DNA of 63,784 bases, filler included, from Circinaria calcarea (GCA_051942165.1; 37 parts of 37 records of this genome joined end to end with filler, not necessarily neighbours in it), one strand, 5' to 3'. Shown: positions 36,832 to 49,794, counted from the whole stretch's first letter. Numbers and translations: made by a program. Notes: generated by a model from the sequence alone, not told the origin.

Positions 36832-38104
36832 GAAGCCAAATCTGTAATACAAATTTGCGAGGGGCTTTATTGTGGCATGGAGATTTGGAGCTCGACCTTT
36901 CTCCGCCCCATCAACAGCAGATCAGGCTTTGGGTATCTAAAATGGACTCTGGATTTCAGTCGCATCCATGGATGAATGGGATAGATTTTTTTTTGCTAAT
37001 CACGTTCAACTTCATGGTCGTCTAGTGTATCCGAACACGACTAACGTTAGCCACTGAAACTACGACCGTTTTGGTAAAATGGATTTGAAATCCAAGGACC
37101 TGTGGGAAAAGAAAGGGGTTTGTGCAAAACTGAGCCTGGAAAATATCTTGTGGAATGAGCAGATATTGAGACAGTTTGTGGAACCGTCTTATCACGGAGG
37201 GATCCGGCAGGGTGCATGGCCAGAATTGTCCAGCCCCTGGAAAAAAGGTTTCGAAAGCAGCTAGGATGAAAAGGGGCCAGACTCCTACTGGGTTACCTTG
37301 CTCGGGATATTATCTAGCTATTAAAATATCCTATCTTCACCGGCCAGCGACAGCCGATGGGGGCAAATATCAGCCCAAGACAGGCCTCATAACGAATTCA
37401 AACTAAATCTTGCTCGATATTCTCATAAAAACGGGGTGCCTTCTCTCAAGCCCGCTTGCGCTTTGCCCTTCACATGTTCTCTATTTCTCCTTTCCACGTA
37501 CAACGGGTGATTTTGACAAAAACTTGTGGGAAATGATTTCCAAGTTTGTAACGTCGAGTAGAGTCGGTCCGTCCCAATCCCCTCTGACGTGTACGCTGTA
37601 GTGTAGATGCGCGCTGTTGGGATTTAGAAGAGTGGAGGGGGTTAGGGGTTTAATTGAGGAGTTTGTGGGTTTACGGGACCATGCTGTCAGCGTTTCCTGC
37701 GACCGGGTGGTGATGTTTTCGGTCTAGGTATGCAAAAATTTGCTTGTAAGCCTGTAGGCCCTTTATCTTCTCACTTGGGAAAAAAGAAAACTTTGCCGAG
37801 AGTTTGGGGCTTGGGGCTGAACTGGGCGTGACTGGGTGATTTAATGTTTTTGTGTAAAACCGAACACCAGACCTTTTGTATCTATCTTCAGCCTCGCTAC
37901 AAGCAAACATTTCCCCCTTCTCTTTCCCTCCTTTTCTCTCCCCTCCCAGTCTCCCCTACTCCCTACTCTCTACTCCCCGCCAACCCCCCCAGGCACCCTT
38001 CCCTNNNNNNNNNNNNNNNNNNNNNNNNNNNNNNNNNNNNNNNNNNNNTTAATTAATTAANNNNNNNNNNNNNNNNNNNNNNNNNNNNNNNNNNNNNNNN
38101 NNNN

Positions 38105-39729
38105 AGTCCTATCGGCAATCACGAGGACTTCACTTGGTCCCGCAGGCATATCGATACTGACGCCCGCAGTGGTATCGTTGGAAACCCACATTTTGCCCGC
38201 TGTGACGAACTGGTTCCCAGGCCCCAAAATCTTATCGACTTTGGCAATGCTTTCAGTACCATACGCCATCGCAGCTACGCCCTGTGCACCACCAGCCAAA
38301 ACAATACTTTCTGCGCCGACCTTGTGGGCCACATAAACGATTTCAGGGGTTATGGTACCATCGCTTCGTGGAGGAGATGCCATGACAATCTTCTTACAGC
38401 CAGCTACCATTGCCGGGACACCCAACATAAGGGCTGTTGACGGCAGGACGGCGGTCCCGCCAGGTATATAGAGCCCCACTCGCTCAATAGGTTTGGAAAA
38501 TCGCGTGCAGACGACACCAGGCATTGTCTCTACTTGTAGTGGCTTCTCTTCTTTCTGTGCGGCATGAAAGCGCCTAATGTTCTCGAAACTGATGTTGATT
38601 GCCTCAATGGTCTCTGGAGGGAGTTGCATGAATCTCTCCGGAAACGGTGCACGGAGGACGGGCGACTTGAGTGAGGTTGCCTTCTCAAACCGATGCGTAT
38701 ATTTCAATACCGCAGCATCACCTTCTTTGCGAACCTCCTCGATGATGGGTTTAACGATTTTCATGATCTCATCCGTTGAACGCTGTGACGGACGCTGAAG
38801 GATGTTCTTAAGCACCTCCGGACTTGTCTTTGCAGTTTCGTAACGCTTCATTTGTATCTGACCATTCCGGATGCCTGCGGGATCTCCATTACTTTTAGGG
38901 ACCGATGCGGCCTCGTGAACTAATTCTTGCGTATTCGTACCATCTATGGAGCCATTCGATTCCTTAGCTGCATCTTCGAGCCCAACCTCCTTTGCCCAGC
39001 GAGATTTGGCATCACCTTTCCTCCGGTTAGTTCTCAAGCTTTTCCAGTCGAGGTTACGCTCTACGTCCTCGAGGCTCACGCCCGCAGCGACACATTTCGT
39101 TAATGCAAAGTAGAACAAATCTGCAGCTTCTGCAGCTATATCTGCCGTGCTTTGGGCTTCGCAGAGCTCATGGGCCTCTTCCATGATTTTTGCCTGCAGG
39201 AGCTTCGAGTCATTAAACAGCCGTGCTGTGTATGAACCGGGCGGAGACGACTTCCTCCGGGTCTGTAGTGTATTCTCGAGCCTGGACAGGCCAGCGTACG
39301 GGCCAAAGCACGTGGATGTTTTCAAATGGCAAAACCCTATCATTTGTCAGTGAAGGTAAATCCAACCTTGATCCCGAGCCTTTCTACCATCTCCCTTCTG
39401 CCTCACCATGAAGCGTAGGGCGTCTCCATCGCAATCCCAGTCAATACTTATCAGATCCTGGCTATCTCCACTAGTTTCACCCTTGATCCATACCCCATCT
39501 CGCTTTCGACTCTTATAGACCCCTTTACCCAGCCGTAAAGCTGCTTCAACACTGGCTTCATTGCTGTATACTAATCCGAGCGTCAAGCCATGTTCGTTGA
39601 CAACCACCGTCGGATAGAGCCCATCAGGCCGATCCGAGGAGATGGACGTGGTGATAAGCAGTTCAGCCGGGATAAGATGTGGATACTTCTTTGGCTCTAT
39701 AGTAAGAGCACTCGCAGGCACAATTGGGA
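38105..39729 (-). CDS. HIS4: Trifunctional histidine biosynthesis protein (HisI/HisE/HisD), internal part; intron 39337-39387
   Basis: DRPDGLYPT, LGLVYS, WIKGETSG, DCDGDAL, GFCH, AKIMEEA, EAADLFYF, VGLYIPGGTAVLPST, KILGPGNQFV and IDMPAGPSEV. Confidence 0.97.
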
Positions 39730-40619
39730 NNNNNNNNNNNNNNNNNNNNNNNNNNNNNNNNNNNNNNNNNNNNTTAATTAATTAANNNNNNNNNNNNNNN
39801 NNNNNNNNNNNNNNNNNNNNNNNNNNNNNACGGGGGTGTAATTGAGTCTCTTTTGTGCTTGAGAAAGGTGCAGGTGCGGCCTCCACGCCGGTTATATTCA
39901 AGGCACAAGGTGCTTTTTAGATATCTACGAGATTTCCTCGACTGCTTCTTCAAAAGATCGATCGGATATGCACGAATAAGCCCTGATAAGATATAAAATC
40001 GAGATTCTACTGTTTTCAGGCAAAATCTAGAAAAGTGAGGATTATCAAACTATACATATTGCCTTTTCATATTTGGGCAGGTATACATTTAATTCTATAG
40101 CTGCTGGCACTCGGCTGACAACACGGAACGAATATTACTCTGAGAGGTGGAAGGGCACAGCGAAGCTATGAGACGTCCTAGTATAATAAACTACTACAGC
40201 TTTCTTTCATAACTGGTATTAGATTAGCTGGGAGGGTTAAAATAGAGTTTCGGAGCTTAATGAGCTGAATCAGCGAGCAGCCAAAACCCAGGCTCTCTCG
40301 GAACACAACTTGTAAGAATACAGTAGAATATGGGGGATGAAATTACCTATGGTAGTAAGCACTTGGGCTGGGGACTTTAGCATTAGGTAAATAGGCAGCA
40401 GAGAAGATATGCGCTAGAGCTGCATAGGGTATATCTATCCCCTTTTTCTGTAGGCTCCAGGTGTTTCAGTCTGGTGAAATCTTTCACTACAATGTGGTAT
40501 GGCGCTATACAAGGGCTGAAGAAATAGAGATTGAGATTAGCACGTGTATGACAGCGGGAATGACGTGAGTACCTAGTGCTTGCAAGGGGGTTGAAGAAGC
40601 GCGCTAGTGGAAGGGAAGC

Positions 40620-40861
40620 TACTATGGTCGCATGGGAAATTAATACTAGCTCGGCGCTAAAAGTACTGAAGTCTCTGCTCAGACCATCGTAATTTTACTT
40701 ATACTTTTAGGTATTCTAAAATTTCTTCCCATTCTATTTGATGCACATGGCATACATACGAAACATTAAATGTAAATAACAAAGCCTCTGCGGAGTTTAA
40801 CGGTCATAGGCACTGATCTACTAGCGCCGAGCTAGTATTAATTTCCTTGCGACCAAAGGTA
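40620..40861. mobile_element. MITE-like element (~240 bp) with ~38-bp terminal inverted repeats, flanked by TA (Tc1/mariner type)
   Basis: Left TACTATGGTCGCATGGGAAATTAATACTAGCTCGGCGCTA. Reverse complement of right TACCTTTGGTCGCAAGGAAATTAATACTAGCTCGGCGCTA. Confidence 0.8.
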
Positions 40862-41340
40862 GTTGATTTCCAATCCTTCGTCTCAAGATCACCGACTCCA
40901 GAGCTACTTCCGGTGTAGATAACCTTTCTCTTGAAGAAGGTGGTCTCAGGCTCGCGCATATCTAATTGAGATGATCGTTTTCAGGGTTTCTGACTCATCT
41001 GTTCATTTGGATCACTCATCATTTATTTAATTCCGCCCGGCACTTGCTTTACAATCCGTTCCATCCTCGTCCAAGATGGTATCTGTCTTAACCATCGCAC
41101 TTTATTTAATTCAATAGTATTATTCAGTTGCCAATCCTATTATCAATCGGGCGGATTCTTTCAATATGGCTCAGGGAAAGGATAAAGATGGAAGAGGTTC
41201 CTCTCCAAAAGGCCATGAGCATATCTCCCGACCTCCAGTATACTCTCCGTGTTCTCTACCTCCTATCGCCGAATCTTCCCTGTTATATAGTTTGAGTCTT
41301 TTCCATCTTTCCGATTCGTACAGTCGTGTTTCTGTCAGCT

Positions 41341-41454
41341 ATGGCAGATCTCATCCGTGACACGGCACTGGGCTACATTATTCGATCTCTGTCCGGGAAC
41401 ACATTACTACAACATCTTGAAGACCAACCAGATTTCCAAATCCCTGAATCCTAC
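41341..41454 (+). CDS. MFS drug:H+ antiporter (DHA1, Caf5/Flu1-like), extreme N-terminus
   Basis: MADLIRDTALGYIIRSLSGNTLLQHLEDQPDFQIP matches the N-terminal pattern of this fungal family. Only 38 codons are visible. Confidence 0.6.
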
Positions 41455-41554
41455 NNNNNNNNNNNNNNNNNNNNNNNNNNNNNNNNNNNNNNNNNNNNTT
41501 AATTAATTAANNNNNNNNNNNNNNNNNNNNNNNNNNNNNNNNNNNNNNNNNNNN

Positions 41555-42067
41555 CTCACATATGTTGAACGCCAAACATCCAGGCATATTGTTGCACTCC
41601 TGTGCGCATTGCCGTGGATCGTATTCAGGAATCTTGGTATATCCCAGGTAACCATTCGCTCGACTGGCTTTCTTGAGGTTGGAAAAGCTTAGACTGTACC
41701 CTAGTGGAGTACCAATCCAGGGCGTAGTGGTTAGCCATTCAATCTGCGGATCGTTACTGAACTTTTCCGGAGCAAGATTGACGCCATATATATTGTCCGA
41801 AGTTGGTTCTGGGGCACAGGCTACCCGTTTGACAAGTGGAGAGTTGCTTCTTTTCTGAGGCGGAGGCAAAGGGCGAGCCGTCATCTCTGCTGCTGCTGCC
41901 GCGATTGCAGTGGAAGGGTTGTATGGCACAATGGTAGACTCAAGGCCGGGAACGATAGTGTACGTAGGGTCCGGTATGCGGTCCACGCCGTCCATGTCAA
42001 TTTTCTGCGGATTGGGCGCTGCGAGCGCTAAAGCCACAAAGGCAGAGGTGAGGATGAGAGGAAGCAT
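41555..42067 (-). CDS. Secreted protein with a PAN/Apple-like Cys module, 3'-partial
   Basis: Signal peptide MLPLILTSAFVALALA, KR sites, and GYLGYT..YDPRQCAQECNNMPGCLAFNI. Confidence 0.7.
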
Positions 42068-43279
42068 GGTGAAAGAATGTGAGAGGCAAAAAACAAAGGG
42101 AAGTCGAGGCTGGTAGAGACCTCGAAGTAAAGGACGAGGAACGAATGAGGAACTGTGTCTGCTTGGGAAGTCTCTGGGTGAGGATATGCACAAGTTTATA
42201 TTCTTTCTAGCCATTCTCCTGCTATACGCCAGGAGTCAACTAAGGCTCGCTTTTACCAAAACCTGTCTATACCTATTTCACGTACCATGTTCGTAGCCGA
42301 GAGTCTTGGCTTAAGGTCGAGGAATTCTAACCAGGCACGCCTCCATTGTACTATATCTTAGATCTGGAAGGTAGTGATGGTGGCTCTTGAACGAGAACGC
42401 CAGTACTCTCCAGATGCTTGGCAGCTTGGGCTGGAATCCTTTACCAATGCAGGCATGATAGACGGTTAGGTCCAATGCTAGTAGTGGCCGATTTTCCCAG
42501 TAACGTTTGGGTAGTATACGACCGCTACCCTGAAGCTGTTGCTGCTGTATCTGGCTTAGGTCTGTTGCGCGATGCAAGTATGCTTGCAAAACAACCCGGT
42601 ATTTCTGATCGATAGAATTTGACTGGCACAGACTCAGATGCAAGGATAGCAGACTATAGGGATATACCATTGTGATAAGGAACGTGCTTAACTAGGAAGT
42701 TTGTTTGTGCCTAAACAGAGATTGCCGAGCAAAGTATCTATCTGCAATCCCATATCGTGGTTGTAACAAGAGGAGCAGAGTACAACAGATGCCTGAATAC
42801 CGCCTACCTTGGAGACACTGACCAGCTCAAAGCCGAGACTGCTGCCGAACACAATACCTTTGACTGGGACACTACTGGGTACCTGCCATGGCTCGTTCGA
42901 TAACCTTGGACGATGAGGTTTTGGTTGATGGTCAAACGTAATGTCGGGTCTAGATGGAGGTTAGCTGATGGGGCTCGTCCGGAGGAGGCGTAGTCGGGTC
43001 CGAATAGGTCCCAGCGCACGCTTTGGGCCCTCTGGGAGAGCCGGTGAGAAAATCGTGTCGGTGGCTGGTTGGAATCACTCCGCACAGACGGGGACAGCCT
43101 CCATCGGCTCACGTGGGAATAGGGCGGATTATCCCCCGGGCCTGGTACAGGATGCATCCCGGGTACCTTTCTTGGCGTGNNNNNNNNNNNNNNNNNNNNN
43201 NNNNNNNNNNNNNNNNNNNNNNNTTAATTAATTAANNNNNNNNNNNNNNNNNNNNNNNNNNNNNNNNNNNNNNNNNNNN

Positions 43280-43941
43280 ATAGCGCGCGTTGTTAACGAC
43301 ATAGTTCTCCTCCATGACATCCGTTTGCTCAAGCTCGCCACGCCTGGCCGCCTCCTTGCAAAGAATCTCCATCTTGGTATAATGGTCGGGGTGGGTGGTT
43401 GCGGCCATACCTTGCAATAACCCAGCTTGAGCTAAAAGGAGTGAGCCTGTACCGATAGACATCAGAGTACGTTCCTTGCTAGGATCGGCCCGTTGCAGTT
43501 CGGCGAATGCTTGAGCGAGCTGGATGGGCTCAGATTGCTTATTGAGTACGTCGTATATGCTGCTGCCTCCTGGGATGATCAAGACATCGTATTCCTTGAG
43601 GTCTTCATGAGCAGTGTCGAAGTCAATGTCAGCCTTGATAGTGAGCCCCGAAGACGAGGTCACGCCCTGTGAAGCTGCCGCGATGGTGCATTCGAATGCT
43701 TTGCTTTCTGGCGGTACAGAACATTAGCGAATTTGTCTAAAAGGAGCTAAGCTGTCAACAACCATCTGAAGAGAGCGATGAAAAGGAGACAAGTCCTACC
43801 AGGGTCATTAATCTTATGGCGAGCACTACTGAGAACCTCGAGGGGTCCACAAAGCTCCTGAGCTCCAAAAGACGGATGCAAGGCGAAGAGGACTTGAATT
43901 ATTTGAATAGGGCCATCGGCGCTTTCTTCAACTGCACTCAT
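43280..43941 (-). CDS. DJ-1/PfpI family (class I glutamine amidotransferase-like) protein, 3'-partial; intron 43708-43799
   Basis: GPLEVL, SSSGLTIKAD, YDVLIIPGG, LMSIGTGSLLLAQAGLLQGMAATTHP. Confidence 0.88.
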
Positions 43942-44300
43942 CTTGAATAATTGAATAGTACGTTTTATCTTCGATGCCTTTTAGGCTCACGGTCTTAGGG
44001 TGAGTCGTGGAACGGGGATGGTCAGAGCCAAAGTAGAGAGCAATCCCCCCGCAACTGGGGACCCCACAATTACGATAAGATTAGATGAGCTTTGGTCTAT
44101 CTTAGTGCATGCCGCTATAGATAAGGCGGGCTAGCGATTATTACAACAAAGCACCATGTACTTCGTATGGACGTAACTTATTCTCATTGTCGACATTTGC
44201 CGTGAAGAGCCTCGCCTCTCCCCGAGTCATAATCTACATTCTCTCTAAACTACAACCGTCAGTCTCATCAAGGGAATAGAATAGAATAGAATCAACAACG

Positions 44301-44903
44301 ATGTCACGTCATAAACTTGTAAAGACCATGAACCTAGTCGATGAATTAGACGATTTTGATGGAGGATCCGATTACGATTACGACGGGGAGGGGGATGGAA
44401 CTGGGAATGAAGGTAGATTCCTATCAACACTATGGCTGGGACCTTTGTCTTCTAACCTGCATTCAGACCTAAGCGCCGATGATAAAGGTACGTTTGACGT
44501 ATCTGCTGGGGATTTACTGTAAATGACTAAGTAGTCTGGGAGCTACGTAGAGCAGTTGCAAGAAGGTACTGCGAAAGTTCGGAGTATTCTAGGATCAGAG
44601 ATATCAATCACAGACAAGGAAATTCAGGACTCATTGTGGCACTATTACTATGATGTGGAAAAGACCATTGCATATCTTTTAAGTAAGTAAACTATTCAAA
44701 CAGGTGAGGAGAAGGTTTATATCAATGAATTCTCAAGACCAGAGATCGGCGTCAAAGCCAAAGAAGGGGAAGAAAGGTACGGATGGAGATGTCCAAACGA
44801 CCAAGGGTGGGTCCAGCCGTTTCTTCCTGTACAGAGCGCGTGTCCCTTGTGAGACATGTGAAATGTATGATTTACCCCGACGACTGGTGCCTTTAGGTGG
44901 TGT
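44301..44903 (+). CDS. HBS1: Hbs1 (eRF3/EF1A-like GTPase) N-terminal domain, several introns, 3'-partial
   Basis: MSRHKLVKTMNLVDELDDFDG..LSADDK|EQLQEGTAKVRSILG..TDKEIQDSLWHYYYDVEKTIAYLL. Confidence 0.85.
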
Positions 44904-45238
44904 NNNNNNNNNNNNNNNNNNNNNNNNNNNNNNNNNNNNNNNNNNNNTTAATTAATTAANNNNNNNNNNNNNNNNNNNNNNNNNNNNNNNNNNNNNNNNN
45001 NNNGGCTGTAATTTACCGAGATTATTAATTTACCCTGCGGTGAGCGAATTTAGAAAAAATGCAGGGTGTCCGGTATCTAAAGCTAAAGTATGTGGTAATG
45101 TGAGACATAAGTAATACGATGGCTATACGCAGTATGTGCGAGAATTAATCATTATAGGAGAAGAAGTATGCGAGTGAAAGGTTTTCACTATACGCCAAGA
45201 CGCTATCTAAACGACGTATCGCCACCCCCTAACCGTAG

Positions 45239-45458
45239 TGTAAGGGCTCTACCGGAGAACCCCTACGAACCCTACGGGGGAACTATACACCGAGGTCACG
45301 AGGTGTTGGCTTAATGAGAAAGGTTTTCCTCGCGAAGCGTTACACGAGAATTCCTCAGCAATAATTCATACGCTGATACGAACTAATTGAGCTCATTATC
45401 ACACAATTCACCGACCCTTATCGTAAGATCATTATACTATTCGTAAAGGATCTTTATA
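45239..45458. mobile_element. 220-bp LTR, copy 2 (inverted relative to copy 1; terminus mutated CCTTACA to CTTTATA)
   Basis: Colinear with the reverse complement of 16764-16983. Confidence 0.85.
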
Positions 45459-48400
45459 CTTTAACATTAATTGTTTTTAGAATATAAAAAATATAAATCC
45501 TCGGGATCCCGGAATTAAAATTTTAAGAGGTTTCTTAAGAGCAGAAGTATAAATTCGGAATTAAAATCCGATTCGGAATTAGCTTCGTGTTCTCCCTTCT
45601 TTTTAGAGGCCGGGCCTATTTCCTTTTTTCCCCTCCCCCGGGGGGTATTTTGGTTGGTTGGAAACTTAAATAAAAGGAAATAGAATTTTATTTGGGATTT
45701 TTCCGGAGCAGGGATTTTTTGAAAAGGGGGGCGTTGAAATAATAAATTGTGGGGGTTGGGAGATTTCTTGATTCCCTTTTGTGTGTGGTATTTGGGACGT
45801 TTGGACGTTTGGAGGAAGGGGAGCGGTGTTCTTGACAAGAATGTGATGGGATGGGGTGGCATTTGCTTTCGTTTTGTTTTCTTTTCCGGGGGGGGGGAGA
45901 TAGATGGAGACGGAAACAGTTAGGGAATGGAGAGTGTAGAGGTTTCGAGGTGTAGTGGATTTGTTTTCTCTGGGGGGGTTCGGGTTCAGGTTTCAGGGAG
46001 TTCGGGTTTCAGGGAGTTCGGAGTTTTGGAATAAAGGGGTGTTTTCGGGAGAAAAGGGAAAAAAGGCAGTGGGAAGAGAGAGAGAAAGAAACAAGTTAAG
46101 AAGCCGAACAAGCCGTGCTTTGAGGAGTAGATGTCGGTGGAATGAACAAAGGTCTAGGACGGCGGGGGTTGGGAGAGTTGGATGCTCTGATGGAGAAGAT
46201 AGAGAGGTGGGGTGGGTTCTTCGAGGGAAGGGAGAGAGTGAGAGGGGAGGGAAAAATAAACCATTTGTAGGGGGATAGAATTGGGTGAAATAATCAAGAT
46301 GGGATCTCTTTTTGTCGACATCGATCCAGCATAATTTATCAAACGTAAGAGCTCGACGCCAGAGGATGATAGGGTATCGTTTCGATTTCATACATGGTCT
46401 TATCAGACCAACTCCACTGATCGGTATGTGGTTTAAAAGCCGGCCCCTTGACTGCATTCTTAATACAGCCATAAACGCAATCATCCGACCAAGCCTTTTT
46501 AGACCAGAAATTACCTCATGTCCTCATAACATCATCTCTTCCTCGGTTTCCGTATGCTCTTGGCTATCCGTTTCCACCAATTCCTCATCCTCTTTCCCAT
46601 GCGCCCCATCCCAATTCCCATTCGCANNNNNNNNNNNNNNNNNNNNNNNNNNNNNNNNNNNNNNNNNNNNTTAATTAATTAANNNNNNNNNNNNNNNNNN
46701 NNNNNNNNNNNNNNNNNNNNNNNNNNGGGGATAAACCGAGCAGAGGCGAGGGTTTAGTTCTTGTCTCGGATTCGGGAGTTGGGCGAGTTCGGAATGGGAA
46801 ATAGGTGAGGTAAGTGTGAGGGGGTCGGGAGGAAAAAGGTTAGAAGGGTAGAGAGGGGGGGGAGTAAAATGGTAAATGGAGATACGGAGATGAGAGAGGT
46901 GTAAATACGGAAATTATAGGGGGTATGGGAAGCGAGAAGGAAGAGGAAGAGGAAAGGTGAAAGGGTTTATACGAGGGGGGGACGGAGCGGAAAGGGGGAA
47001 TAGGTGAGGTTGTTGGAAGTCACAGGGCTGGCTCACCGAGTCACGAGTTATCTCCGGGTAATGCGTGGCGGTCCCATGCTCCACACTCTCCATACAACTC
47101 TAAAAGCGTTTGTTCTTTTTCCGCTGGATACTAGCTTAGATAGTTACACGCTCAGATAGCAATACATGCCACCTTACACATTGCTCAACAGAGGTAAGAG
47201 TTAGGGGTCCGAGTGGGGGTGGAGGGAAGTTGGTTTTCCATGGAAGAGAAAAAGCGATTGAGAAAGGGGCTTGAGGGATTGTAATCGCGAGGGACCCCTC
47301 TTTTGTTTCTTTCCCATTTGAAAACTGTCAAAAATGGGACAAGATTTCGTTTGGAAGTTCATGCTAGCTCTGAAGTGTTAGCCCTGAAGTGTTAGCTCTG
47401 AAGTAGAAGCTTAAGGAAGGGAGTCCAAGGTTTTGAGGGAATAAATTTGAGTTTCAATCTGGTGGAAAATTATATTTAGGAAAAATTAAACGGTAGGGAT
47501 GGGGGATTTTTTTCTGTATCTGTAGCTTAAATCCCATATCCTGCATGTAGTATAGGAATCGGGGAATCGGGGGGATCGAGATTTTTGTCGGAGAGAGATG
47601 GAAGGTTTGATAGAACCCCCCTGATTAAATAACTCCCTAGAAAGAGCAGTAAACGAAAGAGGCACTCTAGTCCTTCCTTCGTTCCTTTTTCTTAAATATC
47701 CAAGCGCGAGATCAGGAAACTAAAGCACTCCTAATATCGAAAAATCAACCCCTCCCTCGGGGATTTTTTTAAAGGAAAACAATAAACCCCCCACCTTCCC
47801 CACCTTTTTTCTTCTTCTCTGGACTTAGCACGCGCATCCGCACCTCCGCCACCGATTTCCCAATCAAAAACCCCCGCCCCCTCATTTCTCACCCTCCTCT
47901 TCTCTCACACCTCTTCTTCCCCCTCCTAATCGAACTTCCAACCAACTCAACTCAACTCCCCCGGACCAAGCTAAACCCGAACCCGAACCCAAACGAAACG
48001 AAACGAAACGAAAACCAAACAAGAAAGAAAAATAAAAGGAAAAGCGGTTCCTGGGGACCTAAGTAGGTATGGGAAATGGGCCAATAGCCGGCTTCTTAGC
48101 TAGAAAAGGGGGAGGGGGGGGGAATAGAAAAAAGAGAAGAGAAAAAAAAACGTCAGTAAGAGGTGGTGAGGAGTTTCTGGAGTTGGATAGATGTTTGTTT
48201 TTGGAGGGGAGAATAGGGAGGATAGTGTCACGGGGTCCCCCTGCGACTTCCACGGAAGGTTCGGGCTACGGTGATATGTCTATCAAGGACTGCACCTCGG
48301 CATAGAAAGCAACAAGAAACCTTGAGTTCTTGACAGATAGGGGGGNNNNNNNNNNNNNNNNNNNNNNNNNNNNNNNNNNNNNNNNNNNNTTAATTAATTA

Positions 48401-49794
48401 ANNNNNNNNNNNNNNNNNNNNNNNNNNNNNNNNNNNNNNNNNNNNATCTCACACTGTCAGTGAAGCCTGGATAAACGCGAAGGCAAGAGAACTCACGGTT
48501 AAGTGCGAACTGCGTGGATTCACTCGACCTCAGAAGGTGCGATCGTTTACGGGCGCAATACTGCAGAACAACATTCAGCCAGGAAGGTCCAGGGATTTCT
48601 GTCGAGAAAGGGAGCTGAAACTTACAAGGAGCGACCGTGAAAACTTCTTCGGCTCTTGATGGTCACAATATGCAGGTGGAACCTTATGAGATGAAGTGAG
48701 TATGGCCGCTGTCAAGTACGAGAAGAGTTTCCTTTGATGGGCGAATGACCGGGGTAACGAGAAAAGATTGTTTTCCATCAGGAACTCACCTTGGTACAGC
48801 TGTAGGAAAAGTCAAGGCCTCCCGCAAGCACAGTGTGGTAGAGACAGATCCTTTCTGACAAGGAAGGTCGTTGGTTTTGAAGTGTGAGTAGATGCTGCAG
48901 AGAACGAGGGTGGGCGGAGGTAGGGTGATGAGGTAACGAGATGGAATTAGAAAGAATAAGTGAATGTGCGAATTGCATACCTCACAACCCTGCAATTTCA
49001 ATCTCAATTTCGGGTCTAATTTTCTACGATCACCAGTGAAATTCTCCAAAGGGGCTTATGGAAGAGAAAAGGAGAGCGTATTGATACTGCGGTTATGGGC
49101 GTCTATTCTGCCGCCTGGTTACTGTCTATCAGATCGACACATACACAGCAGCGCTTAGACAGCAACTCCCTCATGTCATCGACGACATTCACAACGCCAA
49201 GCAAGCTAACCCCGCTGTTTAATTTCGCACAGTATCATTGAAATTGCCCAGGGTCTGGGCTCGCTGATTGCTCCTTGTTGGACAGATGACCCAGCCGCCT
49301 TATTTCTCTGACGAAAATTTGGATGGCAATCTCTTTTACCATCACATGCCTGCATGGGTCTTATTTGCATAACTGCAACACTGTATAGTCAGCGTAGCGA
49401 CAAGGATGGTCCAAGTAACTGTCTAAATGGCAGCTTAGCTCCGTTGAGCAAGGATCCCTGTCCATCATCTATAGAGGCTTCCGTACAGGCGTTCCAGCTT
49501 CAATTGCAGCGCTGCACTGCACAATGGACCTGCATTATCAACGCAAGGTGCACACACACATTCGCCACATTCCACCACAAACCCTCGCAATCCACATTCT
49601 TCTAGATGTTGAGGAGGCTCATAGCCGTTACTCGAAAGTGAACTTTCTTCTATGAGATGTCCGTACGACGTCGAGATTATTGGATATTTAAGCATAAGTA
49701 ATAGCTTACCACGTTTTCAATGGAAACGAAAAGGATGAGTAGCATTACTCTTTTACGCTTTCAACGTGGATCGGCAGACAAGAGTGCAAGCTAT

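Noticed and set aside
37638..37655. TTAGGG-like telomeric motifs (also near 15505 and 33090)
   Set aside because: Only one or two imperfect units each, with no tandem array.
47100..47150. TPP-riboswitch-like fragment (CCAGCGGAAA on the minus strand)
   Set aside because: The CTGAGA and GATCTGGATAAT core elements are missing, and no thiamine gene is present.
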